In this document: in pieces, positions 23,378-38,031 of the stretch
How positions within the stretch are numbered: position 1 is the stretch's first letter
How the letters are laid out: each line of letters starts with the position of its first letter
Assembly: GCA_013239625.1 (NCBI GenBank)
Contig: MU056050.1
Location: 92,337-156,336, forward strand
Length of the DNA stretch: 64,000 nucleotides
DNA from: Lama guanicoe
Lineage: Eukaryota
Direction of reading: 5' to 3'
Translations under genes and position numbers: made by a program
Notes under the pieces: generated by a model
Told to the model about the DNA's origin: nothing
Seen by the model: only the letters and a program-made list of their open reading frames with translations
The model's database searches: none

Positions 23378-26300
23378 AAAAGACATACAGTGGCAGACTG
23401 GATAATAAAACAAGAGGCTACAATATGCTGCCTACAAGAGACCCACTTCAGGGCAAAGGACACACATAGAGTGAAAGTGAGGGGATGGAAAAAGATATTT
23501 CATGCAAATGAAAATGACAAGAAAGTGGGGTTAGCAATACTGATATCAGACAAAATAGACTTTAAAACAAAGGACATAAAGAAAGATAAAGAAGGACACT
23601 ATGTAATGATAAAAGATCAATACAAGAAGAGGATATTATACTCATTAACATACATGTTCCCAATATAGGAGCACCTAAATACATAAAACAAATACTAACA
23701 GACATAAAGTGAGAAATTGATGGAAATACACTAATAGTAGGAGACATAAATACCCCACTAACATCAATGGACAGATCTTCCAGACAGAAAATCAATAAAG
23801 CAACAGAGATCCTAAATGACACAATAGAACAGTTAGCCTTAATTGATATTTTCAGGACACTATATCCAAAAAAACACCAGAATATACATTCTTTTCAAGT
23901 GCACATGGAATATTCTCTAGGATAGACTGCATACAAGGACACAAAACAAGCCTCAACAAATTTAAGAGGATAGAAATTATTTCAAGCATCTTTTCTAACC
24001 ACAATGGCATGAAACTAGAAATCAACCACAGAGAGAGAAACAAGAAAAAAATGATTACATGGAGACTAAACAACATGCTACTAAAAGCCAATGGGTCAAT
24101 GATAAAATCAAAGAATGAATTTTAAAATACCTTGAGACAAATGACAATGAAAACACAACCACACAAAATCTACGGGATGCAACAAAAGCAGTCTTAAGAG
24201 AGAATTTCACAGCAATACAGGCCTTCCTCAAAAAACAAGAAAAATCTCAAAAGAACAACCTAATCTACCACCTAAAAGAATTAGAAAAAGAAAAACAAAC
24301 AAAACCTAAAGTCAGTAAAAGGAAAGAAATTATAAAGATCAGAGAGGAAATAAATAAAATAGAGATTAAAAAATAGAAAAATCAATAAAACCAAGAGCTT
24401 CTTTTTTGAAAGAGTAAACAAAATCAACAAACCTCTGGCCAGGATCACCAAGAAGAAAAGAGAGTGTCCAAATAAATAAAATAATGAAAGAGGAGAAATA
24501 GCAACTGATACCACAGATATACAAAAATAGAGAGAGAGAGAGAGAGAATACTATGAACAATTATATGCCAAAAAATGGGACAACATAGAAACATGCAGTC
24601 CACCAAAACTAAATCAAGAAGAAATAGGTAATTTGAATAGACTGATCACTAGAAGTGAAACAGAATCTAATTAAAAAAAATACTCCCTGCAAACAAAAGT
24701 CCAGGACTGGATGGCTTCACTGTGGAATTCTACAAAACATACAAAGAAGAACTTATACCAATCCTTCTCAAACTCTTCCAAAAGATGGAAGAGGAGGGAA
24801 CACTTTCAAAGTCATTCTATGAAGCCACCATCACCCTTATAACAAAACCAAAGACACTACCAAAAAAAGAAAATTGCAGGCCAATATCTTTGATGAACAT
24901 AGATGAAAAAATTCTTAACAAAATATTACCAAACCAAATCCAACAACACATAAAAGAGATCATATACCGTGACCAAGTTGGATTCAACCCAGGGTCACAA
25001 GGATGGCTCAACATACGCTAATCAATCAATGTGATACACCACATCAACAAAAGAAAAGACAAAAACCACATGATCATGTCAATAGATGCAGAAAAAGCAT
25101 TTGGTGAAACTCAACATCCATTCATGATAAAAACTCTTACCAAAGTGGATACAGAGGGAACATATTTCAACATAATAAAAGTTCTTTATGACAAACTCAC
25201 AGCCAGCATAATACTCAAAGGTGAAAAACTGAATTTTTTCATCTATGTTCATCAAAAAGCCTTCCCACTAAAATCTGGAACAATACAAGGTTGCCCACTC
25301 TCACCACTTCTATTCAGCACAGCATTGGAAGTCCTAGCCACAGCAATCAGACAAGAAAGAGAAATAAAAGGGATCCAAACTGGAAGAAAAGAGGTAAAAT
25401 TGTCACTATATGTGGATGACATGATACTATATATAGAAAACCCTAAAGAATCCACACAAAAACTACTAGAACTGACAAATGAATTCACCAAAGTTGCAGG
25501 ATATAAGATTAATGTACAGAAATCCATTGCATTTTCTATACATTAACAATAAAATATCAGAAAAGGAAAGTACAAAAACCATTCCTTTAAAAATCACATC
25601 AAAAAATAAAATACTTAGGAATAAACCTGACCAAGGAGGTGAGAACTATAAAAACACTGATAAAGGAAATTAAAGATGATTTAAATAAATGGAAAGATAC
25701 CTCATGCTCTTAGATTGGAAGAATGAATACTGTTAAAATAGCCACTGTGCCCAAAGCAATCTACAGATTTAATGTGATCTCTATCAAATTACCATGACAT
25801 TTTTCACAGAATCAGAATAAATATCCTAAAATTTATATGGAATCACAAAAGACTCAGAATTGCCAAAGCAATAATTAGGAAAAAGAACAAAGCTGGAGGC
25901 ATCACCCTCCCAGACTTCAGACAATACAAAAAAGCTACAGTAATCAAAACAGTGTGTTACTAGCACAAAAACAGACATATGGATCAATGGAACAGAATAA
26001 AGAGCCCAGAAATAAAACCCACAGACCTACAATTAATTAATCTTCAATAAAGGAATCAAGAATATACAACAGAGAAAAGACAGTCTCTTCAGCAAATGGT
26101 GCTGGGAAAGCTGGACAGCCACATGGAAATCAGTGAAGTTGGAACACGCCCTCACACTATACACAAAAATAAACTCATATGGCTTAAAGACTTAAACATG
26201 AGACAGGACACCATAAATCTCCTAGAAGAGAACACAGGCAAAACATTCTCTGACATAAATTGTAGCAATGTTTTCCTAGGGCAGTCTACGAAGGCAATAG

Positions 26301-29099
26301 AAATAAAACCAAAAGTAAACAAATAGGACCAAATCAAACTTATAAGCTTTTGCACAGCAAAGGAAACCATAAACAAAATGAAAAGACAACCTTCAGACTG
26401 GGAGAATATATTTGCAAACAATGCGACTGACAAGGGCTAAATTTTCAGAATATATAAACAAATCATACAATGACAAAAAAAATTCAATCAAAAAATGGGC
26501 AGAAGACCTAAATAGACCTTTTTCCAAAGAAGACATACAGATGGCCAATAGGCACATGAAAAAAATGTTCAATATTGCTAATTATCAGAGAACTGCAAAT
26601 CAAAACTACAATGAGGTATCACCTCAGACTGGTCAGAATGATCATCATTAAAAAGTCCACAGCAATAAATTCTGGAGAGGATGTGGAGAAAAGAGAACCC
26701 TCCTACACTTCTGGTGGGAATGTAATTTGGTGCAGCCACTATGGAGAACAGTATGAAGGTTCCTTAAAAAACTAAAAATAGAGGTACCATATGACCTAGC
26801 AATCCCACTCCTGGGCATATATCTGGGGAAAACTCTAATTGGAAAAGATACATGCATCCTAATGTTCACAGTAGCACTATTTACAATAGCTGAGAAATGG
26901 AAGCAAACTCAATGTCCATCCACAGATGATTGGATAAAGAAGATGTGGTATATATACATAACGGAATACTGTTCAGCCATAAAAATAATGAAATAATGCC
27001 ATTTGTAGCAACATGGACAGACCTAAAGATTATCATACTAAGTCAAGTAAGTCAGACAGAGAAAGACAAATATCATATGATATCACTCATATGTGGAATC
27101 TTTAAAAAATGATACAAATGAACTTATTTACAAAACAGAAAGAGACTCATAGACATAGAAAACAAACTTACAGTTACCAAAGGGGAAAGGGGGAAAGGGA
27201 TAAATTAGGAGTTTGGGATTAGTGGATACAAACTCCTATATATAAAACAGATAAAGTCCTACTGAATAGCACAGGGAACTATACTCAATATATTGTAATA
27301 ACCCATACAAAAAAGAATACATATATATATAACTGAATCACTAAGCTGTACACCAGAAACTAACACAACATTGTAAATCAACTATACTTCAATCAAAAAA
27401 GAGAAGAAATGGGTTTCTTGAAATTTCTGTTCTAGTTTTCTTTTATTTCTAGTTTTTGTTTTTTTGCAAAGAATCCCCAGGGAACAAGAGTCAAAACTCC
27501 AGGTTATTGCAACATCACACTCCCGAACGGAGGGAGGGAAGCTCCAATAATGAGGTCTCATTATCACCTGGGGACAGGAACAGGGCTGGCTGACACGTAC
27601 TCCCTGCTGTCACTGCCACAGCTTTTCCAGAAGGAAGAACTCAGGAAGCAAGCCCCAAGGGGATGGGCAGCCACTGAGACTGTTGTAGGTTTTAACTCAA
27701 TTGAACTATGAACCTTTTTCATCCAACTAGGCAGATTAGATAAAGACAGTGAACTCCGGAAATACTGCTACAGCCCAGAAAACTAACATGGGGCTCAAGG
27801 ACAGTTGACTTACCCTGCTGGTTTGGCCAGCTGCCTGGTGATGGAGCTCTCAGGCACGGGGGCTGGGGTTGAACAGACGGACACAATCCGGTGTTGCATG
27901 AAAGTCTGTGGGCGGGGATGCTGCCCAGTTTCAGGGGGACACTAAAGAACTAATCATCCCCTGAGTTACAGGGGGCTTCAGCCAAAAGCAGTTAGGACAG
28001 GACAAGTGGTTTATGCAAACTGACCTTAGGGGTTTGGCTCAATCACCCTGGCAGGGGGAGTCTACCATGTGATTGCACATCTCCTGTACCTGACACCCAA
28101 GTGCCTCCTGCCTCCCAGCCTGCTGCCCCATCACGGACCTAGGACCTTCCATCAGCTGCTTCTACATGAACCTCCTAACTGATCCATGTTCTGAAAGTAC
28201 ATTGTCCAGTGGGCTTAGCCTGGAGTCCGGCTGGAAACAAGTTCTCATGTTCACACCTGGAGGGTTTATTTCCCGTTTTGGGGCAATGGCAGGCATCATT
28301 ATTATCGCACATAAAGGGAGGCTTGATGTGCTGGTCATAGCCCTCGTGATCTCCTGGTTCTGCAAAGAGCATTCAGCCACCAACTGCCCTAAATGAAGAC
28401 AGACACGTGTGATGGCCACCCATGTGCTGCCTCTGGCTGCTCTCCTACACTGAGACCACCCGGGTAGGAACAAGCCTACAGGATTGGGAGGTAAGAAAAG
28501 GCCACTCAGTGAGGGCGTGGCAGCTTTCTACATCTGAAGGCCTAGCAACTCTTGGGGTGGGGGAGGAGACTTCTTTCCACTGAGTGTTGTGTGCACTATG
28601 CCCTGCCCTCTCTAGGTGCGTTCACACCTGTTATTTCCCATCGTCCTCATATTAAACCCTGAAAGGCAACCAGGTTACTGTTACATCCCTCTGGAAGAGG
28701 AGACACTGGCACCAGAAGTGACTTTTCCAGCTAGTGAATGGCTACATTAGGGGAGGAGGAAGGAAGGAAATAGAGGACAAGAGAGAGAAGGAATGAGACA
28801 CATTTAGAGGGATGGGTCAGAAGGTAAGTTTTGAGGGGAAGCTGGTGTCAGTGAGGACTGGCAGATATCTTAGGACAGGGACAGTATAGGCAGAAAGGTT
28901 TTCTCAAAGACTTATCCAGCCTTACTCTAAACCCCTAAATCCAAAGCTCCATCACAGGCCACTAACGGCAGGAAGTACAAAGAGCCTAGAGTCAAAGACT
29001 AGAAGAAACTTCCAGTAAATATAATTTGGATTTTTCTCCCTTTGCCTTTGACTGATGCCAGTGATCAAAAACCTCAGGAGTTTAGGAGTAGAGTTTAGG

Positions 29100-29865
29100 A
29101 GTTAAGGAAATGCAAATCAAAACCACAATGAGAAACCAATTCATACCTACTAGGATGGCTAGAATTAAAAAGTCAAATAATAACAGGAATTGGCAGGATG
29201 TGGAGAGATTGGCAAACTCATCCACTTCCAGTGGGACCATAAAATGGTGCAGCCACCATTCGCAGTTCATCAAAAGGTTAAACATAATCATCACATGACC
29301 CAATAATTCCAATCATAGGCATATACTCAAAGAAAATGAAAACATATGTCCACATAAAAATCTGTGCACAAATGTTTATCGCAGCATTATTCATAACAGC
29401 CAAAAGGTGGAAACAACCCAAATGTCCATCAACTGGTGAATGGATAACCAAAATGTGGTATATCCATACAATGGAACACTATTAGGCTGGAAAAAGAAAT
29501 GAAGCACTGAGACATGCTACAATGTGGATGAACCTGAAAAACATTATACTAAGTAAAAGAATTCAGGTCACTAAAGAACACATATATGATTTCATTAATA
29601 TGAAATGTTAATTAATATAGGGAAATCTATAGAAAAAGAAAGTAAATTAGTGATTGCCTAGGACTTGGGGGAATAGGGGGATTAGGGAAGTGACAACTAA
29701 AGGGTATGGGGTTGTTTAAGGGATGATGAAAATTTTCTAAAATTGATGTGGTGATAGTTTGCACATAACTGTGAATGTACTAAAGCTCACTGAATTATAT
29801 TCTTCAGATGGGTAAATTATATGGGATGTGAACTCTATCTCAATAAAGCTATTTTAAAAAAAATT
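29100..29865 (+). mobile_element. L1MB-like 3' fragment
   Basis: ORF 29110..29298 is ORF2p-like (MQIKTTMR); L1MB-type 3'UTR ending ctcaataaagct plus A-tail; candidate TSD ttaggagt. Confidence 0.85.
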
Positions 29866-31887
29866 AGGAGTGGGGGGAGGAGGGAAAAGAGAAAGCCATT
29901 TTAGCTCATGATGCCATCAAAATCTACTGCAGGCTTCTTGGCCACTAGGCCTATGTTGCCATGGAGACAGCCTCCGAGTGAGGAGTGCTTGTCAAATGGA
30001 AATAATAACGCCTGCCCTACATATCCCACAGGATTGCTGTGGGTCTCAAATGAGATAATAGATGTCAAGGCACACTGAACCACTAAATTTACTACACAAA
30101 AAAAGGAATTATTGTTAATAAGATGGCTTCTGTTGAAACAAAATAGCACACATACTATGAATGCAAGCAGACTACAAAAGTAGGTATATACTCAGAGGGT
30201 AATATGCAAAAATGATAAGAATTGCTATGTTAGGGTGGTAGGATTGTGGATGGTACCTGTTGTGTCATTCACCTTTTTAAGAAGAAAAAGATGGCTGCTC
30301 TCAGCTAAAATCAAAAGGATGGGTCTGATATAGGAGCCTACATATTTCCAGCCCCAAAAGAAGACTGGGCAAAAGGCTTCTCTCTCCTACCCCTTACTTT
30401 CCCCCAACCCCTGCCCCGCCCAGAAACTATCTCCTGAGATGTCAGCAGTGACCATATGAGTTCCTCTCATCTTGACAAATGAGAGACTGACTCTTATGTC
30501 TGGGAGGAGAATCTTAGAACAAGTTGGAACTGAAATAATCATCTTGCAAATCATCCTTCTCTGGATCCAATGATACCCATAAATGACTTCAGGGTGACCT
30601 GCCCTGTTAGCCAATGACAGAAATGGAATAAAGCATCATTGATCCATAGAATGTTCTGATATTACAATTTTGTTCTAATTCAATTGTTTTAGAAAACACA
30701 TAATTCCAACTGGTTCACAGGCTGTTTTCATTTTCAGTGTTGGTTCAGTTGTGGAAAAAATGAGCATCTGAGTTTATTGCAGGGTCTCAGTAAGTTGCTG
30801 TGATTTTGGTGTAGGGGCCAGATCAGGGCTACAGTATCACTTCCCTGGGACTGTTGCTTTTATGAACTCCTCCCTCCCTCCATTAAATAATATTGAAAGT
30901 TATGTTTTATTTATTTTAATTATAGCTTATGACTGCATTGATATAAAGACAAGTACATTTATATTTGTGAAAGCCTGTTTTTCTGGAAAGAAAATTCATC
31001 ATTTTTCTTCTGATTTGAAAAGAAACTATAATATTTTTAGGGGACCCTGAAAGTCCAGGGTCGTAGGGACTGTGTCTATTGAGCCCAATGGAGAAGGTGG
31101 TCCTCGGCCAGATTTCTGGAATTCTATGAAATGGAAAGTGCCAGAAGCAGGGCGAGGGCTTGGAAACAGCCCCGTGGGAAGGACCCAAATCCCAGGCTTC
31201 CCTGGGGAAAGAGCATAGGTGTGGGTTTCAGGAGTAAAACGGCCTTTCTTGAGGCACGACTTCTCCAGAGAAGGTGCATTTGGCACCTAAACTCCAGGAC
31301 AGGGCTCTGATTGGAGCCTTGTAGATCTGGGGCTTTCTCCAGACCCCAATCAGAGGGCTCCTCTCCAACCTCTGCTATAGGGGCAGCAAAGTTCAGGTAT
31401 CCGCGGAAATGTGTGTGTCCTCAAGCTCTTGTCTTGCTGTTGAAGGGGAGGGAGGTCACTTCTGCCACCTTCGAGGCTCTCAAGAAGTCATGTGGCTTCT
31501 TGCTGCTCTCTCCACACCTCCTCACTCCCGACACAAATTCCAGGCCAGTCTCCTGGCCCCAATGTCCTTGTTTTTGAAGTTTCCAAATCTTGCCCACATG
31601 TCAAACAAGGCTTAGCTCCAGCCTCTCCACCACTGGGAAGCCTGCCCTGACCGCGAGTCCAAGATAAACCAATTAGAGCTTAGACCCCTCAGCTTAGACC
31701 CAGTTCTCTACATGCCTGTGTGTTTCCTGGGATGTCGTCACCTTGATGTCAGCCCCTTGAGGCAGGGATACCGCCCTCTCCCTCTTCTGTACCCCTCACA
31801 GCACTGAGCACACACCCAGCACACACACACTCGATACAGCCTCATCGTATTGCACATTTACTTTAATCCAGGACTAAAAATACTCAC

Positions 31888-31977
31888 GATGTGTCTGGCA
31901 GCAAAGACCCCATCAACTATGGCGCAACAAAAGGCCGCAATCACACCAAAGCTGATAAAGACGATAGAAGCCACCAG
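31888..31977 (-). CDS. TMEM255A: TMEM255A exon 4 ([30 protein letters not shown])
   Basis: Manual translation; cccgcAG acceptor, GTGAGT donor; 90 nt; hydrophobic segment. Confidence 0.96.
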
Positions 31978-34077
31978 CTGCGGGGGTACAAAGCAAAAGT
32001 GTCTGTTAGCCTTCCACTCTCACCACTTCCAGAGACCAGGCGATCCCTGAGAGACCAGCAGCCAAATAGAACTCTGGCTGCCACCTCGCAGGGATGCTCT
32101 TTTCAGTCCCACGGGATCAGTGGGAGCTGGGGAGTGGGGTGCATAGAAGGGCGGCCAAAGCGCATCTCACATTTTCAGGGCAAGCTAAGAAATTCACTCC
32201 ATGAGTGTGAGCAACAAAGGAAGAGGAGGCTGAGGAATCAGACTGCGTGGCTCTTCTGTTCTCAGACTCAGAAAAATGTTGGGCTTTTGACATTATGTAG
32301 TCCAACTCCCTATTTTACTTATTGTGGAATTGGAGGCTCAGAGAGGGGAGGCAGCATGCACAGCATCATATCCAGTCTAGAGAAGAGCCTGTCCCCGCCC
32401 ACTCCTAGTCCACTGTTCTTCCCGACCCCTCACGGTGGGCACGGATGAAGACAGGGGTGATTCTAAGGCCCCTCACAAGCCTTCATGGCCTGGCAACGCT
32501 GAAGAAAGACAACACTCAACTTATTAAGGCTTAGGTGTCAAAGACACTTTACAAGGGTTGAAGTCTCCGAAACTGTGTGGTATATATGAACATTTTCAAG
32601 TAAGAAAAAATGTTTGCTGGAACCTTATTCTCTGATCATGTTAGATAACAGAAAATTTCATAATTGTCTTCCATTACAAGGGTGATACTCCAATCCAATG
32701 TAGGGGTAGGTGTTTCAAGGTGTTTCCAAGGGCAGGGACAGGTGCTGCTTGAGCCCACTATCTGTCCCTGTTGACCCTCAAACACCCTCCTTGAGGTGTT
32801 TGTGAGGGAAAGGGGGGGAATTACGTGGCATTAAGCTGCTCTCCAGGAAGGGAGAAGGAGGAAATCAAAGTCAAAGCCACCCTAAGGTTCTCCCATCTCA
32901 ACAGGCTGGGAAGAAAGACTTAATGCCCTTTGGGCGCTGTTCAGAAACCTCGCCCCATAAATCTCACTTCACAGTGCTACAGAGAATTGGTAAATAATGG
33001 ATGAAAGATGTCATGAAATTGGCATTATTAGCTGTGCTATGATCAGCTCTACAATTAGAACTCCCCTGTTATTTTGAATAATTTAAACCCAAAGTGCAAA
33101 CACAACTGGCAGCGGGAGAACCCAGGTGAAATGGAAGAAGAGAACCATTAGAACTCCCCCGAGGGTGATTCCCCACATTGCTGGGGGAGAACATATGGTT
33201 AGAGTTCTCTGTCCCTGGAGCTATTACGTTATCTGATTAAACTTGCTGTTAAATAGACCCCATTATCTAAGTCTAGATGCCACAGAGACTTGTACCAGGG
33301 GAGCTAATCAGTCCACCATCTGACCACTCACCAGGCATCTTGATTTACAAGCCCATAAAACTGCAATATGCTTGCAGTTGGGTCTATACTTTTTTCTCTT
33401 GCCCTCTAGGAAGCCTTCTCAGGCTGAAGCAGGAAAATACAACAGCTGGCCCTTGTGGGCCCCCATGAGGACGTAGAACTTGGGAAGTTTCACCTCCTGT
33501 TACATGCTTACCCTTCTTCTCAACCTTACCACATACTTAGGCTTGAACTAAAGGGAAGGCTTCATAGTTTGATCTTGCCTTCCTGTGCCCTCAATATATT
33601 TGTTCTGTTAATTAAATTTCCCTAGATTGGAATTGCCTAAAAGGCAGGAACCCTCTGCGAAAATTCCCCCCAAAGATTATGCATCAGAGAGGAAGGTGTG
33701 AGGGTGGCTGGGAAGCCGGGGCTGTGGCAGCGGAAATCACAGGAGCAAAGGCATTGTTGGTGAGGACAATAGCCCGACTGGATAGGCTGGCGCACTCCTT
33801 TGAAAGTGAGGAGGAAAGCAAAGGGCAAGATACAGATTATTTTACACCTGTGACTTAGGGGAGACGAGCCAGGTCACTGAGGGAGCGTCTGGCAAGGTGA
33901 GAACCAGTTCCATGTCGCAAGATCACTTTAAGCCAAGTTCCCTGGAGGCTTAGCAGAAAAGTCCAAGTAGCCGTTTCTTTTGTGGCCCCATTTGGGCAAC
34001 TTTAAGAAATGTGTTATCCATAGAAATGTTGAGCTTTTTCAGATGAAGAATTTGATTTTATGGCGATGAAAACTTAC

Positions 34078-34140
34078 CATCTGCCGCTTGTTCTCCACAA
34101 GGTTTGAGCCGATGATTCCAAGGAACGATCCAAAGCCGAG
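34078..34140 (-). CDS. TMEM255A: TMEM255A exon 3 (LGFGSFLGIIGSNLVENKRQM)
   Basis: Manual translation; tttgcAG acceptor, GTAAGT donor; 63 nt. Confidence 0.96.
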
Positions 34141-35409
34141 CTGCAAAGCAACAGGGCACACAAAGCATGTGGGAAGATGGTCAGCCTGACCACACGATCA
34201 TTCCAGCTCCGGGATATGGTTCAGGATAACAGAAAATACCTGAGGTATAGATGCTAAAGCCCATGCAGCTGTTACACAAATACAGTCTGAGCAAGAAAAG
34301 TCTTTCTCCCACCATTTGCCAATTTTTCCTTGTGGATATGAATCACACCTAAAAAGAAATTCATGTGCCCAAAAGCAAAAAGTAAAAGTCAACCATCACT
34401 TTTCATAGCCTGCTTATTTCAATTTCAGTATCCATTACCTACCATGTGACTGGTGAGTCAGTAAGAGACAGATAATTGTGAAAAGCACGCATTATATTCT
34501 GATCATTATCTTTTGTCTGAAAAGAGACCTTCTACCCTGGTGCATGAATTACAAAATAAAGGTTTGAAATAGCAATTTTTGATGCATCTGGCATGCTAAT
34601 CAAACCCAGGGAGTACTTTAGGAATCAGCAAGCACCTTAGCCTAGACTTATAAAAAAAACTATTTTTTGAAAGCCTGTATTTGTGGTTGACCTACTGCAA
34701 TTTATGTTAGCACTTATTCACTTCCTCTTCCATCTCTGCTTCATTTATGGACAGAAAACATTCATTAAAGGGTGAACAGAAATGGCAGTGTAAAACCCTG
34801 AAAAACAATTTCCTTGTCTAAGTGGCTGGGATGATGGCTCAGTGTAGCAGATCCCACTTTCCTCCCAGTTCTGCCATTAGTGGATTGAGTCTGCCATCCT
34901 CAGTTGAAAACAATCACTAACCAATGGCTGTTGACAGGGATGAAAGTGGAAGAAGTAAAAAGTGATGAGAATGGACTAGTAAATCTTAACACAACTCCAG
35001 CAATGTACTTACATTTCTCTTTAGCCTCACTAATGACCAGGCTTTCCATCTGCAGCCTTTACCTTGGCTCACAGGGGCAGCTGTTTCAGTCTGAGGCCCC
35101 CAAGCCCTACAGCTAGGCTTGGAAATCTAATGGACCCAAAGACTGGCCATGAGCTTGGGGTGGGGCAGTGTAGGGAGACTGGGTAGTTGTCTCAGAAACC
35201 CAAGCATGAATGAGAATGAAGGGAAGGAATGAATACAAATTCTCAAGGACTCATTTTGCAGGACGACTCAGCAGCCCCTCTTGAGAAACAGAAACTGAAG
35301 AGGATATGCCTCACTCAACAGTTGAACTATGCCTGTCTCCCACCTGGTCTTATTTGAAATGTAATTAAAATGTGTTGTGATTAAGTATAGTGATTAACAT
35401 CTGCTCACC

Positions 35410-35945
35410 ATCCACCGCCAGATGAACAGATAAAGAAGATGTGGTATATACACACAATGGAGTATTAGTTGGCCACAAAAAAGAATGCCATCATGACATT
35501 TGCTGCAACATGGATGGACCTAGAGATTATCATTACTAAATGAAATAAGTTAGACAGAGAAGGAAAAATATCATATGATATCACTTATATGTAGAATCTA
35601 AAATATGATACAAATGAACTTTTTTACAAAACAAAAACAGGCTCACAGGTGTAGAAAACAAACTTATGGTTACCAAAGGGAAATGGTGGGGAGAGAGAAG
35701 GATAAATGAGGAGTTTGTGATTAACAGACACACACCACTATGTGTATGTAAGATAGATAAAAAAAACAAGGACCTACAGGATAGCACAGGGAACTACACT
35801 CAACATCTTGTAATAATCTATGATGGAAAAGAATCTGAGAAGGAATGTGTGTGTGTGTGTGTGTGTGTGTAACTGAATCACTTTGCTGTACACTGGAAAC
35901 TAACACAACATTGTGCATCAACTATACTTCAATTAAAAAAAATTT
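35410..35945 (+). mobile_element. 5'-truncated L1 3' end with internal (TG)n
   Basis: Collinear with 4050-4550 and 26920-27400; (TG)n at 35846-35870. Confidence 0.9.
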
Positions 35946-35949
35946 TTGA

Positions 35950-36200
35950 CACCACGTCATCAGAGTAGCTTGGCTTCTAACCCCAGCTCTTCCACTTTTG
36001 TCTGTACGACTTTGAACAAGTAGACTGACCTCTCTAAGCCTCAGTTTTCTTATCTGGAAAATGGGGACCACAGTAGTGACTATCTTATAGGGTTTTTGTA
36101 AGGATTAGCCAGGATGCTACAGCCAAAGAACTCTGCATAGTGCTTAGCATACAGTAAGTACTCAGTAAATGTTATTGTTATAGTGATTATTATTACTATT
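35950..36200 (+). mobile_element. MIR SINE
   Basis: ctctctaagcctcagttttcttatctggaaaatgggg, cttagcatacagtaagtactcagtaaatg. Confidence 0.75.
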
Positions 36201-36859
36201 TTTAAAGACATTTAAATTTTGAGCAGCTCTAACCTGATTTGAGCTGGAAAATCCTGTCACTATTTGCTCTATTTCTTAAGAGTTTTGTATTCTATCTTAT
36301 CTCCCCTTCCAATATGTTCCCCAGCTTTTATTTTTCAGAAAGAATTCCATGAATAGTCTGTGCTTATGACACTCTGGGCCATTTGTGGAGACTGAGAGAA
36401 AGTCAGAGACAGCTTCTTACATGGAAAAGAAGCCCTTTGACTGAACAGTTCATCACTTTCCACAGATATTCGCTGAATGGCTGCTGAGCCCCAACAGGAG
36501 TCTCTGTCTTAAGACAGGAGGCAGAGCCACACACTGTTCCTGACATTCTCAAACCACTCCAATGACAGAGACTGGAAGAGGTGAGCTGAAGCCTCATGGA
36601 ATTGGCTGGAAAGACAAGGCGCTCTGGGACTGGAAATTCCAGGCCAGCCAGTTACTTACCCCAGTTCCCTCCCCTTTTCTTTCATTCCATTTCTATTCCA
36701 CTCCGGTTCATTCCATTTTCTAACATTCACTAAGTACTTCTGTCAGATTAATAAAAAGACATGTAGTTCATAGTATAGTGCAGGAGAGACAGACTGCGGG
36801 TTAAGGACCACAGGCGAGGTACAAAGAAAACGCTATAGAAGTAGAGAATAATTCATTTT

Positions 36860-37065
36860 GTGTTATATCCTTGGCTCCTCTACTTATAAACTGTGTGATC
36901 TTGGGCTAGTTCCTTAACCACCCTGTGCTCTGGTTTCCTCATCTGTAAATGGGAGTCATAATGGTACCTACCACACAAGACTGCTCAGAGGATTAAATGA
37001 GATAAGGTCTATATGTAGCGTGACTTGTATATCAGCTGCTAGGCTGCTAAATACATGGTAAGTCT
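36860..37065 (+). mobile_element. MIR SINE
   Basis: ctgtgtgatcttgggc, tttcctcatctgtaaatggg, gaggattaaatgagataa. Confidence 0.75.
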
Positions 37066-38031
37066 AAGATTTCACAGAGGAGGAGACATTTTTAGGTGGG
37101 ATCAAAGATAGGTAGAGTTCACTGGGTGAGAAACTAACATCTATTAAATCCTGGCTGGAGAAATTCACTCATCTGGGTGACAGGGTGATGAACTCACCAG
37201 TGTCATTAAAACTACCTTACAACTGAAAAGCATTTTAACTTAAAGAGGCACTTGCCGTCCATTTTGGTCACAGGACTGGTACAGAGGTTGGTGGCGCTCC
37301 TAACATTCCCATTTGATAGATAGCAAAATGGAGGCCTAGATGATTGTACGGACTCGTCCCCACTCAGAGCAAGTTCACAGCAGGGCCAGGACTAGCTCTC
37401 AGATCCCCTGACTAACAGCTGGTGTTCTTCCAGCCACGCTTTACTGCATTTGTGGCCACTATTAGCAGAATAGTGACCTTCACCGCTGCCCCCTAGGGAA
37501 GAAGTTCTCTACAGGGCTGGACTGAGAAGTCCTATTTGAGGAAGAGCTGAGGGGGTGAAAGTAAAGAAGGAAAAGTCAACAGAATTTCCTGAAACTGGGC
37601 AGCTGCTTCTAATCAACTGCTTGCTCTCCCAAGGCCTCCGAAAGGTAAGTTCTGTGGTCATCCCTCAGAAACTGTGGGGAATCATGGAATGTTTGGACCT
37701 TTGGACCCCCATCTTGACTCCCCATTACCTGAACAAATAACCAGTTTGCTTTGTTTTGGCTGCCTTCCACTTGTAGAGGAAAAAAGACAAATCATTAGAA
37801 ATCAGTCAGATTCAAGGCCTCTTTCTAGGCTGGGCATTATAACTTAAGCCTATTCCCATCCACTGGGGCTGAGGCTCAAAAGGATTAATCATTCAATAAT
37901 CATTCAGTATTCATTGGACAGCTATGCTGTGGCAGGCACTGTGCTAGACCTGTGATTTGGAAGCCATGAAGTGAGGTGGGATATGATACCAAGACCAATG
38001 AGACTCAGCCTCGAGAAGCTATATTTAGGTA

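Larger units (their letters stand above)
20128..27403 (+). mobile_element. Full-length (about 7.3 kb) inactive LINE-1 in TMEM255A intron 4, antisense to the gene
   Basis: 5'UTR opening with tcaagatgg; ORF1 remnants at about 21885-22770; ORF2 remnants at 23177-27112 with endonuclease (ICCLQETH), RT ([15 protein letters not shown]) and C-terminal parts; many stops and frameshifts; A-tail; degenerate TSD aaggaatgggct / aagaaatgggtt. Confidence 0.96.

Noticed and set aside
33054..33160. 13-bp direct repeat attagaactcccc about 93 bp apart
   Set aside because: Only two copies with no recognisable insert between them; insufficient evidence for a feature.
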